Positions 49,933 to 59,049 of a DNA stretch of 64,000 bases are shown one piece after another. How positions within the stretch are numbered: the first letter of the stretch is position 1; each line of letters starts with the position of its first letter. Source of the DNA: an uncultured bacterium (GTDB lineage Bacteria > Armatimonadota > JACIXR01); contig CALITO010000021.1 in assembly GCA_938041455.1 (NCBI GenBank), positions 11,909 through 75,908 on the forward strand. Direction: 5' to 3'. A model generated the notes under the pieces. The model saw only the letters and a list, made by a program, of their open reading frames with translations, did not search any database and was not told the origin of the DNA. The position numbers and the translations under genes are program-made.

Positions 49933-50634
49933 TTATGGCAAAAGCCTTTCCGCTCGTAATCTGCCCCAGAGTTGGGCAGTTTGGAATGCTTCTGCATAAA
50001 GAACCCCGCATTGAAGTCCCCTGAACTTCGCCATCGTCTCTATGAGATTTATTGGGTCAGCCTGATGGTGTCCGCTAAGCCACTTGTATTGGCTCTCGTG
50101 ACAAAGAAGCATCTCCTTCTTCATTTGGAAGAAATCCGTTATATCAACATAATCTGTAGGTTCAAAGCCTATTCCAGCGAGTGTATCCATATAGAAAATG
50201 GGAACTATCGGTTCGTGAGTGGGCTGGCCTGTTTTGTAGAGGGGCAGAGTGGCGGTGAAACTCGCTTCGAACACCAGCTGGGAGGTTATCGTATGGTCTG
50301 GCATATAGTCGTTGGGACTGTGGGTTATTATGATATCTGGCTTAGCGTATCGTATTATATCAACAACTTTTATTCGCATATCTTTGGTAGGGTAGAGGTC
50401 TAAGTCATCTGCAATTGGTCCCAAAACCTCTGCACCTATAATATCTCCCGCTTTTTTTGCTTCTTTATCCCTTATCTCTGCTAACTTGTCCGGCTCTATT
50501 TCCCTTCCTCCCATATTCCCGCTGCAAAGATGGACCATTACCACCTCATCTCCGCGCTTCGCAAATTTGGCCAGAGTCCCTCCACAAAGAATCTCAAGGT
50601 CGTCGGGATGCGCCCCGATAGCAAGGACTCGCAT
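49933..50634 (-). CDS. PIG-L/LmbE family N-deacetylase
   Basis: AHPDDLE, R..EA, THSPNDYMPDH, HESQ, AEAF. Confidence 0.9.
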   Translation of the reverse strand: MRVLAIGAHPDDLEILCGGTLAKFAKRGDEVVMVHLCSGNMGGREIEPDKLAEIRDKEAKKAGDIIGAEVLGPIADDLDLYPTKDMRIKVVDIIRYAKPDIIITHSPNDYMPDHTITSQLVFEASFTATLPLYKTGQPTHEPIVPIFYMDTLAGIGFEPTDYVDITDFFQMKKEMLLCHESQYKWLSGHHQADPINLIETMAKFRGLQCGVLYAEAFQTAQLWGRLRAERLLP

Positions 50635-50647
50635 ATTCCCTCCTTCC

Positions 50648-51598
50648 TCAATTGCACTCAGGAATTAATGGACCGGCGAGTTCCTTTAAGAAGAAGAGTC
50701 TGCCGGGAAGGGTAGGCATAAAACTGCTCGGCACCCAGATATCGGGACCATATCTAAGGGTGACCCAGAGACTCATTCCCTGCCACATCATTCCCCTACC
50801 TAATGCCCCGTCTGCTCCCCCGATGATCTTATCCGCTTTTAAGAATATCCCCGGTCCAATTGTATTTGCGAAACAGGGGACAAGCGTGGTTCTGCTCTTG
50901 AAACTCGTTATTGCATTCTGTTCAATTGTAAGGGGGTGGAGTCTAGCTCCCAGTCTATGTGTTTGTTTTTTCCATTCCTCCTCTGAGGAGAATTCCTCAG
51001 CGAAATGGGGTTCCCAAAAGGCTATATGGAAGACCCTTCCTATTCCAAACACTAACACCATCTTCGCACCTTCTCTTCTTAGTTCCTCTATCATCTCCGG
51101 ATAGCGAGGCAGAAGTTCCTTAGTAGCAAAGAACCTGTGCTCCTTGGGAACGGTCAACTCGCCCAAAGGGTTGTAGAAAGCGTTCTCCATAGCATTTTGG
51201 AAAGCACCCGGTTCAGTGGGTGGAAGGGTATTGCCATCCTTGTCGCTCCACTCGTCCATATTGAAGCAGTAGATATGCCTGCAATCCACTCCCCATTCTC
51301 TGAGAAAATAGACCACCCATCTATACATCCCCATAGGTCCCACGGGAAGGATGAGAATGAGCTTCTGTCCCCTCTCCTTCGCTTCGCATATCTCAACTGC
51401 TATCTCATGTCCCATCTTAATGTTGAATTCCTCCAAGGTCTCGCATGGTATGGGCTGAAAGTCCTTATGCCACCAGGGCTGTCTCTCCAATATCTTTTCC
51501 GGCGGATTAGAACAACATTTATCTATCTTCTCCAGATCCCAACCCTTAGGGAAGAAGTTCTCCAGCAGAGAACCCTTAATGGTAGTTATTAAATTCAT
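50648..51598 (-). CDS. Divergent glucosamine-6-phosphate deaminase (NagB)-like protein
   Basis: [29 protein letters not shown]. Confidence 0.7.
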   Translation of the reverse strand: MNLITTIKGSLLENFFPKGWDLEKIDKCCSNPPEKILERQPWWHKDFQPIPCETLEEFNIKMGHEIAVEICEAKERGQKLILILPVGPMGMYRWVVYFLREWGVDCRHIYCFNMDEWSDKDGNTLPPTEPGAFQNAMENAFYNPLGELTVPKEHRFFATKELLPRYPEMIEELRREGAKMVLVFGIGRVFHIAFWEPHFAEEFSSEEEWKKQTHRLGARLHPLTIEQNAITSFKSRTTLVPCFANTIGPGIFLKADKIIGGADGALGRGMMWQGMSLWVTLRYGPDIWVPSSFMPTLPGRLFFLKELAGPLIPECN

Positions 51599-51631
51599 AA
51601 GTCTTCGCCTCCTTCCGTTTTCTCGTCAAGT

Positions 51632-53212
51632 TTATTTTACTTTCTTTAGTATAAACACCTCCTCCTTATCAGAAAAGAGGGGGAGTTTACCTTCTTTCAC
51701 CTCCATTCTTGCATTTTTTTCCTCCTTACATTTCACAGGGTCAAGGAACCTCACTTCAAAGCTTCCAGAGAGGCCTTCCAGGATAACATTTCCTCCCTCT
51801 GGTAGATAAAGCAACAGGACGGACTTATCCTCTGAGGCTAGGCAAATGGGGTGTTTTTCTCCTTCCAATTTAAAATAGGGTTTCATATTCCACCACTGGA
51901 GGGAGGTTATCACCCGATACATAAATTCCAAATAGGGATAGAGTTTGCCAGCTGGTTTCATAAGAGTTCCCATATTGCTGAAATGTATGCCCCGTTCCCC
52001 TATCTCGCGAGGAGGGGTCACTTCGTCGCCATAGGAGAGGTAGGCTCCGCTCAGTAGAATCGTCCACGAACCCCTCCGCATATTATCAATATCGAGCCCT
52101 GCCTCCCCTTGATAGCCGTTTCCCTCCCAGATACATTCCTGTGCAAGTATTGGTTTTTCTGCTACTTCACGAATTTCCTTCATAGTGTTCCCATACTTCC
52201 AATAGTCCCGATCGGTAAGTTTGTCCTGGAGGGTGAAGTAGTCATAAAGTTGGGAAGAAGGGATTTGCAAAGCTTTCCTACTATAATTCCGGGAGTGAAC
52301 ACTTATGAGTCTCTTCCAAGGGTCATATTTTCTGATCAAGCTGAGTATTTGGAGGACTTCCTCAGGTTTAAATCCTTCCTCCCATTCCGATATCGGTTGG
52401 AAAGTAACATTATAAAAACCTGACCAGCGGGCGGTCCAATATCTTATGAAATTTTCCCATTCCTCTTCGGGCATCCTTGGCACATTATTTGTTCCCCCGA
52501 AGATGTTAAAAGGAATGAGGAACATATTCCTTTTTTTAAGGGCGAATATAACCTTATCCATATTCCTCCAGAAGCGGAGGTCATAGCGAGAGAAATCAAA
52601 TCCACTTCCTGTGTTAACCCAGGGAGCGCGGTAACCTACGCCTGGCGTCTCACTTAAACCACAGTGGGGGCCAACGATTGTGTTGAAGCCATATTTTTGA
52701 AGGAAATCGAGGGTTTCCTCCAAAACGCCAAGTTCGGGGAGGACATCCACCTCTCCAGCTTCGAAGGCGAACATATAAAAGGGAGTTCCATCCGCATAGG
52801 AGAACCAAATTTTATTCTTTTGGTAAATTTTCAAAGGTCCCTTTATTTTAGAAGGGATACAGATAAAGTTCCCTTCCAAGGGTTTTTTTGAAGCATCGGA
52901 GAAATAAATTTTATACCTCCACTCGCCTTCTCTGTCGGGCATAAAACGAATTTTCCAAACTGTTCCCCCATCGTAAAAGCCGTAGAGCTTCTGCTCGCTC
53001 TTGCTCGGGATGTGGGTGAATTCCCCTATAAGTAAAACATCTTGAAAAGGGTTGTCATAGATCTTCTCATTTTTCAATGAAAGCTCCAACAAGTCCCATT
53101 TTCCTACCTTTACATCTCCCTTAGCCGGCAGGGAAAATAGCAAAATAGTAAGGAATAAAGGTAATTTTTTAAATATGCACTTCCCAGAAAAGCCACCTTT
53201 CATAGCATTCAT
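51632..53212 (-). CDS. Secreted DUF5060/DUF4038 (apiosidase/GH140-like) glycoside hydrolase
   Basis: YDNPF...GFYDGGTVWKIRFMPDREGEWRY, YADGTPF, ARWSGF...SEWEE, KPILAQE. Start ATG 53212 follows AGGAG. Confidence 0.65.
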   Translation of the reverse strand: MNAMKGGFSGKCIFKKLPLFLTILLFSLPAKGDVKVGKWDLLELSLKNEKIYDNPFQDVLLIGEFTHIPSKSEQKLYGFYDGGTVWKIRFMPDREGEWRYKIYFSDASKKPLEGNFICIPSKIKGPLKIYQKNKIWFSYADGTPFYMFAFEAGEVDVLPELGVLEETLDFLQKYGFNTIVGPHCGLSETPGVGYRAPWVNTGSGFDFSRYDLRFWRNMDKVIFALKKRNMFLIPFNIFGGTNNVPRMPEEEWENFIRYWTARWSGFYNVTFQPISEWEEGFKPEEVLQILSLIRKYDPWKRLISVHSRNYSRKALQIPSSQLYDYFTLQDKLTDRDYWKYGNTMKEIREVAEKPILAQECIWEGNGYQGEAGLDIDNMRRGSWTILLSGAYLSYGDEVTPPREIGERGIHFSNMGTLMKPAGKLYPYLEFMYRVITSLQWWNMKPYFKLEGEKHPICLASEDKSVLLLYLPEGGNVILEGLSGSFEVRFLDPVKCKEEKNARMEVKEGKLPLFSDKEEVFILKKVK

Positions 53213-53222
53213 CTCCTTTCTC

Positions 53223-53888
53223 CTATCTTTCCGGACCAATGCTTCTGAAGAGATACTCACACAGTTTCAAGTTATCCAGCTTCTCTATTGCGAAGTTGTC
53301 CCAGAAAACAGAAGTTCCAAGGGCAATCAATTCTCCTTTACCTATGCTTCTACTCGCTCCCAGAATTATATTACTACCAGCGATATCGCTAAGGGCGCTT
53401 TCCTCTCCCAGAATCAAAACCTCTACTTCTTCTCCAATTTCAAGGGAAGCGCTACAGGGGAAGAATATTTGGGAAACGCCCTTCAAGCCGGGGGAGAACT
53501 TGGATGTCGTTATCAAAAGGGGGTCATTATCCATACAGTGGAGAGGGTCTATCACCTCGTCATCCCTGAATTTTATCCCCCATTCCTCTGTTAGTGTATT
53601 ACAGATACCCGCGACTCTATCGGAACAGCGATAATAAGCGGTTACTATGACCCTTCCACCTGCTTCCATAAACCTCTTTATGTCCGCTTTTTCCCGAGGG
53701 GAAAAGGGTTCTTCTGGATAGCAGAGAACCAAGATATCGAAAGCGGAAAGGAACTTAAATGCTAACTGTTCCTCTCTTTCCTCAAAATTTATTCCCCATT
53801 CTTTCAAATAAGTTGCGAGTTTGGAGAAATAGTAATGGTCGGATAAGCTGAATTCCCTATGGCGAACATCCCAAAGCAATTTTCTCAC
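53223..53888 (-). CDS. DUF4350/GldG-like (class I GATase-like fold) protein
   Basis: WDVRHRE, FDILVLCYPEEPFS..EKADIKRFMEAGG, GKGELIALG, DNLKL. Start likely GTG 53888. Confidence 0.55.
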   Translation of the reverse strand: MRKLLWDVRHREFSLSDHYYFSKLATYLKEWGINFEEREEQLAFKFLSAFDILVLCYPEEPFSPREKADIKRFMEAGGRVIVTAYYRCSDRVAGICNTLTEEWGIKFRDDEVIDPLHCMDNDPLLITTSKFSPGLKGVSQIFFPCSASLEIGEEVEVLILGEESALSDIAGSNIILGASRSIGKGELIALGTSVFWDNFAIEKLDNLKLCEYLFRSIGPER

Positions 53889-53895
53889 TACTCTA

Positions 53896-54948
53896 CTACA
53901 CCCCCTCTTCCCATCTATGTGGTAAGAGGTGGGTTGTATACATTCTATAGGCATAATGGTCAGTCATACCGGCGATGAAATCGCAGACCGCTCTTGCCAT
54001 ACCTTCTCTTGTCCCCATAGTGAGGAGGAACTCGGGAAGGAGTTGGGGGTTTTCCATATAGAATTCGAAAAGCTCATTAAGGAGCCTCTTTGCCTTAGCC
54101 AGTTCGTTGAGTATCAGAGGGTGGCTATAGACCCTTTGATAAAGGAAATCCTTCATCTCCTCCATAGCGGAAAGGACATCCTCAGAGAGGGAAATGAGGG
54201 GTTTACCTTCGCTTTCTCTAATAATATCCTGCACCATTTTCCCTATTCTCTCCGAGTGGGTTCTCCCCAACACCCCCTGCCACCGGGTAGGGATGTCCCC
54301 TTCTTTTAGCAATCCCGCTCTAATAGCGTCGTCTATATCATGATTTATGTAAGCTATGCGGTCCGCTACCATCACTACCTGTGCCTCAAGCGTTGCTTTT
54401 CCCTTCTCTCGCAGGGCATCCTTTAAATTCTCCATTCCCTTACTATGGTAGAGAATACCCTCCCTAACCTCGTAAGTGAGGTTCAATCCTTCTCCATTGT
54501 TCTCCAGGAAATCCACTACTCTCAGTCCCTGTTCATCGTGATGGAAATGTGCAGGAGGGGTGTATTTTCCCAAAATTTCATCTAAGGCATCCTCGCCAGC
54601 GTGCCCGAAGGGAGTATGTCCGATGTCGTGAGCTAAAGAGATAGCTTCTATTAAATCCTCGTTAAGCCGCAATGCTCTCCCTATCGTGCGGGCTATTTGG
54701 GATACCTCAAGGGTATGGGTGAGGCGGGTGCGATAATGGTCGCCTTCGGGAGCAATAAAGACCTGCGTTTTATGCTTTAATCTCCGAAAAGCCTTGCTGT
54801 GAATTATCCTATCCCTATCCCTCTGGAAATCCGTCCTTATAGCGCATTTTTCCTCCTCTCTCCGCCTTCCTCTGCTATTACAAGATAAAGTTGCGAAGGG
54901 AGATAAAAGTTCTTTTTCCTTTTGCTCCACATATTCACGAGGAAGCAT
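53896..54948 (-). CDS. dgt: Deoxyguanosinetriphosphate triphosphohydrolase
   Basis: FQRDRDRIIHSKAFRRLKHKTQVF, RTRLTHTLEV, AHDIGHTPFGH, DFIAGMTD. Confidence 0.95.
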   Translation of the reverse strand: MLPREYVEQKEKELLSPFATLSCNSRGRRREEEKCAIRTDFQRDRDRIIHSKAFRRLKHKTQVFIAPEGDHYRTRLTHTLEVSQIARTIGRALRLNEDLIEAISLAHDIGHTPFGHAGEDALDEILGKYTPPAHFHHDEQGLRVVDFLENNGEGLNLTYEVREGILYHSKGMENLKDALREKGKATLEAQVVMVADRIAYINHDIDDAIRAGLLKEGDIPTRWQGVLGRTHSERIGKMVQDIIRESEGKPLISLSEDVLSAMEEMKDFLYQRVYSHPLILNELAKAKRLLNELFEFYMENPQLLPEFLLTMGTREGMARAVCDFIAGMTDHYAYRMYTTHLLPHRWEEGV

Positions 54949-57022
54949 CGTTTCTCTGCCTTTCTATGACTATCTGGGACAAATCCCCGAATAAGAAGAA
55001 AAGGTTCCAGATGAAGTTAACAAGTGCGAGCCTATTTGCTCGTAACTCCTTCTCCTCGGTCATAACCAAAACCTTATCAAAGAATCTGTTTATCAAATCC
55101 TTCAGGGAAGAAAGTTCTCTAAAAATTGCCTTGTAATCCTCCTTCCTCCTCAGTATCTCCAATGTTCTCGCAACCCTTTTTCCTTCCTCGTAAAGCCCTT
55201 TTTCTTCCTCTAAAAGGAGAAGATCTTCCTTTATTCCTTCCTCGGGAGGATTTTCCCCTCTTCTCTGAGCAAAACGGATTATGTTTATCAATCTGACGGA
55301 GGCAGTCACTGTGGGAATAAATTCCTCGTCCTCCCTCAGTTCGTTAAGGGCGATAGCCCGAGCGAAAAGCTCCCTTATGTTCTCCATTTTCCCCTCCAAA
55401 ACCGCATTCACTATATCATATCTTATTCCCATCTCCCTTAAAGCGAGTTCCAGCCTGTTTCTGAGAAATTCCAAAAGTTTCTCCATCCCCCCGAGCTCCA
55501 CGCCCATTTCCTCCTTATAGGCTTTTCCCACTGCTTGTATTATTTCCCTCAGATTGAACCTTTCCTCTTCCCGCAGTATCTCTATTACCGTTTGGCCGGC
55601 TCTTCGCAGGGCGAAGGGATCGGAGGAGCCGGTGGGTTGTAAGTGCAAGTGAAAAGCACCGGCAAGGGTGTCAATTTTATCAACCAGACTTATGAGTTTA
55701 CCGAGGGGCGTTTTTATTCCTTCCTCTGAGAGTGTGTATTGATAGGATTCATATATTGCTCGTGCTATCTCTTCGTCCTCACCTTGGAGGAGGGCGTAGT
55801 TCATTCCTACTATTCCCTCTAAGTCAGGAAATTCCCTTACCATATGAGTTGTCAAGTCCGCCCTACAAAGCAGGGCGGTCCGAAGAGCTCTTTCTCTTAT
55901 CTCTTCTATTGGTAGGGAAGAGATGATATTTCTCATTCTTCTAACTTTATCAGCTATAGTTCCCAAACCCCCGAGGAATATTATGCCGGAGAGCGCGGTT
56001 GCTCTCTCTTTTAGAGGAATCTTTAAATCCTCCTCAAAGAAAAAATGTGCATCAGCGAGGCGAGCTTTCAAGACTTGCTCATAACCTTCCACTACATTTT
56101 CCAGTCCCTTACCATCTCCATCCCTTACGCCAACGAAATAGGGTAAGAGTTCACCGCGCTTATTATGGATGGGAAAAAGATTTAACTGGCTCTCCATAGA
56201 TGTGGCAATTATCTCTCTGGGGAGAACAAGGAAGCGCTCGTCCATTTTGCCCAAGAAAAGGTGGGGTTTCTCGTTAAGGAAAACGATTTTCTCCAAAAAT
56301 CGCTCGTGAATTGTTATCTCTCCTTCAACGCTTTCCGCTAACTCCTTTGCTTTATCAAGGATAATCTTCCTTCTCTCCTCTTGGTCAAGGATTATACCCT
56401 CTACCTTTACCCTTTGAAGATAATCGTCCACACTTTCAGGGGAGAACACACCTTCGAGGTATCTTTCGGTGTAGGAAATCCTATTTGAGGCTATTTCTCC
56501 GATCTTCAATTCCAATAGTTTATCGTCCATCAGGGAAAGAATCCAACGAATGGGACGGATGAAGCGGGAGGAGGAAGCATCCCAGCGCATAGATTTGGGG
56601 AGATAAACCGAGTTAAGAAGGGAGGGGATTGTTTCTTTGAGAATTTCTTCCGTAGGGCGTCCACTTTCCTTCTTCACAGCGTATACATATTTACCTTGTT
56701 TATCTTCCTTTATGATGAGTTCATCCAGGCTAATGCCTTGGGCTTTGGCGAAGCCATGGGCAGCTGAGGTGGGATTTCCCTCCTCGTCGAAAGCCTTTTG
56801 GTAAGGGGGTCCCTTTATTTCCACAATCCTTTCCTTCTGCTGGGGTGCGATATCGTCTATTAGTAGGACAAGTCGGCGGGGTGTCCCATAGACAAAGAGA
56901 TTGGAAAAGGAGATATCCTTCTCATAAAGGAGTTTCTCCATTCTCTCCTTCAACTGTTGGATAGCGGAAGGAAGGAAATTAGGAGGAAGTTCCTCACAGC
57001 CTATTTCCAAGAGAAACTTCAT
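54935..57022 (-). CDS. glyS: Glycine-tRNA ligase beta subunit
   Basis: LLEIGCEELP, TPRRL, KSMRW, RPIRW, ARLADA, EFPDLEG, GSSDPFALRR, NRLAL. Confidence 0.97.
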   Translation of the reverse strand: MKFLLEIGCEELPPNFLPSAIQQLKERMEKLLYEKDISFSNLFVYGTPRRLVLLIDDIAPQQKERIVEIKGPPYQKAFDEEGNPTSAAHGFAKAQGISLDELIIKEDKQGKYVYAVKKESGRPTEEILKETIPSLLNSVYLPKSMRWDASSSRFIRPIRWILSLMDDKLLELKIGEIASNRISYTERYLEGVFSPESVDDYLQRVKVEGIILDQEERRKIILDKAKELAESVEGEITIHERFLEKIVFLNEKPHLFLGKMDERFLVLPREIIATSMESQLNLFPIHNKRGELLPYFVGVRDGDGKGLENVVEGYEQVLKARLADAHFFFEEDLKIPLKERATALSGIIFLGGLGTIADKVRRMRNIISSLPIEEIRERALRTALLCRADLTTHMVREFPDLEGIVGMNYALLQGEDEEIARAIYESYQYTLSEEGIKTPLGKLISLVDKIDTLAGAFHLHLQPTGSSDPFALRRAGQTVIEILREEERFNLREIIQAVGKAYKEEMGVELGGMEKLLEFLRNRLELALREMGIRYDIVNAVLEGKMENIRELFARAIALNELREDEEFIPTVTASVRLINIIRFAQRRGENPPEEGIKEDLLLLEEEKGLYEEGKRVARTLEILRRKEDYKAIFRELSSLKDLINRFFDKVLVMTEEKELRANRLALVNFIWNLFFLFGDLSQIVIERQRNDASS

Positions 57023-57871
57023 CTAAACCTTCGCCTCCTGCTGAATGTAAAGCTGGGCGCAGCGGTTTGCGATTCCCCGCACTCTGTCTATTAACCCTGC
57101 CCTCTCTACAACGCTCAGCGCTCCCCTGGCGTCAAGGATGTTGAAGATATGAGAGCATTTCAGCGCTAAATCATAACTGGGGAAGATAAGCCCTTTATCC
57201 AGCAATAGATGGGCTTCCTTTTCAAAGGAAGTAAAGAGGGAGACAAGGGAGGATATATTCGCAAGCTCAAAGTTGTATCGGCAATGTTCTATCTCCATAG
57301 GTTTGTGGAGCTCACCGTAGCTCGTTCCATTCCCCCATTCTATATCCAGAATAGAATCCCTTTTCTGGAGATACATAGCGAGTCTTTCCGGACCATAGGT
57401 TATTTCCGCAGAGATGGTGGAGAGCTCTATTCCCCCCATTTGTTGGAAGTAAGTGAACTGGGTTATCTCCAAGCCGTCCAGCCAGACCTCCCAGCCTACA
57501 CCGGATGCGCCCAAGGTAGGGGATTCCCAATCGTCCTCAATGAAGCGAACCTCGTGTTCTTTGAGGGGTATGCCGAGAAACTCCAGACTCCTCAGGTAGA
57601 TGTTCTGGATATTATGAGGGGCAGGCTTGATTATCACTTGATATTGATAGTATCTTTGAAGGCGATTGGGATTCTGGGCATAGCGTCCATCTTGGGGTCT
57701 GCGGGAGGGCTGGACATAGGCTACTCGCCAGGGATTGTCTCCCAAGGCACCAAAGAAGGTGGCAGGGTGCATAGTTCCTGCCCCTACCTCAACATCGTAA
57801 GGTTGGAGGATGAGACACCCCTGGTTAATCCAAAATTCGTCTAACTTTCGTAGAAGTGTTTGAAAATCCAT
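57023..57871 (-). CDS. glyQ: Glycine-tRNA ligase alpha subunit
   Basis: [39 protein letters not shown]. Confidence 0.98.
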   Translation of the reverse strand: MDFQTLLRKLDEFWINQGCLILQPYDVEVGAGTMHPATFFGALGDNPWRVAYVQPSRRPQDGRYAQNPNRLQRYYQYQVIIKPAPHNIQNIYLRSLEFLGIPLKEHEVRFIEDDWESPTLGASGVGWEVWLDGLEITQFTYFQQMGGIELSTISAEITYGPERLAMYLQKRDSILDIEWGNGTSYGELHKPMEIEHCRYNFELANISSLVSLFTSFEKEAHLLLDKGLIFPSYDLALKCSHIFNILDARGALSVVERAGLIDRVRGIANRCAQLYIQQEAKV

Positions 57872-57882
57872 CCGATTTCTTA

Positions 57883-57910
57883 ATTATACAAGTTTCTCCT
57901 CTCCTTTCAA
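57883..57910 (-). promoter_or_regulatory. sigma70 promoter of the glyQS operon
   Basis: TTGAAA-N16-TATAAT, 11 nt before ATG. Confidence 0.6.
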
Positions 57911-57993
57911 ACAGATTTGGAGACTAAACTGTAACAGATTTTTCCTTTTATAGTCTCAATAGACTGAAAATCCCCGGAAGGAGGTTTAGCAAA

Positions 57994-59016
57994 ATGGCAA
58001 GAAGAATCAGCTGTGAGCAAATTTCTCCTCTTCTCTCCGCTTATCTTGATGGTGAGCTTTCCAAGGCGGAGAGGCAGAGCGTGGAGTGGCACCTCAGGGA
58101 GTGCGAGGCGTGCCGAGGCGAGTTAAGGGAGCTTGAAAAGGCCAAAAAATTCGCCCTCCAACTCGGCGAGATCCAGCCTCCCATCTCCCTCAGGCAGAAG
58201 ATTATGGCAAGGGTTGAGAAGGAGAAGGAGTGCGAGACCGTTCGCCCCTTGCTCGGAGCTTATCTGGATGAGGAAATTGTCGAGGCGGAACGGAAGCATA
58301 TAGAGCTTCATCTGATCAGGTGTGCCGATTGCAGGAAGGAGTTGGAAGCGACGAAGAAGGTGAGAGAAATCCTCCGAACCCTTCCCGAGGTGGAGCTTCC
58401 CTCCTACTCAAGGGCAAGAATCTACGCCTCCATACAAAGAAGACCCGTCTTTGTGAGGAGGTTCGCCCTTGGTTTTGCCACCTTGGCGGCTGCCGCTTCC
58501 CTGGTTTTCTTCGCTCTACCCCTCCACCGCCCCACCCCTCCCCCTCATGTGCCCATCATCGCCCAGCAAAGCGCCCCTTCTACTATCTCCCAAACCGAGC
58601 CCTTGCTCCCTAAGGGTGCCAAGTCTTCCACAAAAGCGGTCGTTCCAGGCTACCGAAAGCCTACTCTGGCGGTCATCCCTTCGGTAGCTTCCCCGCGGGA
58701 AGAGCAACCCATAACAATTACCCCACCTGTAAAGGAGGAGGAAGAAAAACTCGTTATAGGTGAGACCCGCCCCGTTGTCCTACCCCAGCCTAGCGAGATG
58801 CCATCTGCATCTGAGGCAAAGGAGGAACCACAAGAGGTAGCTCCTATGCCCCCCACTTCTCCTACACCCGTAAAGGTAGCTGTAAAGCTGGAACCTTCCC
58901 TCTCCGATGTCCTAAAGGAGATAACAACCTCCGTGGATAAACCATCTATTCCTTCAAAGCTTACCGAGCGACTGGATAAAAGCATAGTGATAGGGGTAGT
59001 AAGGGTAGAGTTTTAA
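57994..59016 (+). CDS. Anti-sigma factor-like membrane protein with two tandem zf-HC2 (ZAS) domains and a Pro-rich extracytoplasmic tail
   Basis: CEQISPLLSAYLDGEL...HLRECEAC and CETVRPLLGAYLDEEI...HLIRCADC, one TM helix, P/S/E-rich tail; SD GGAGG. Confidence 0.85.
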   Translation: MARRISCEQISPLLSAYLDGELSKAERQSVEWHLRECEACRGELRELEKAKKFALQLGEIQPPISLRQKIMARVEKEKECETVRPLLGAYLDEEIVEAERKHIELHLIRCADCRKELEATKKVREILRTLPEVELPSYSRARIYASIQRRPVFVRRFALGFATLAAAASLVFFALPLHRPTPPPHVPIIAQQSAPSTISQTEPLLPKGAKSSTKAVVPGYRKPTLAVIPSVASPREEQPITITPPVKEEEEKLVIGETRPVVLPQPSEMPSASEAKEEPQEVAPMPPTSPTPVKVAVKLEPSLSDVLKEITTSVDKPSIPSKLTERLDKSIVIGVVRVEF

Positions 59017-59049
59017 ACATCTCTCAGACCCCCGGAGGTGAGAGTCCCG

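Noticed and set aside
57872-57993. T-box leader for glyQS
   Set aside because: The region is too short and lacks the GGTGGnACCGCG T-box sequence.
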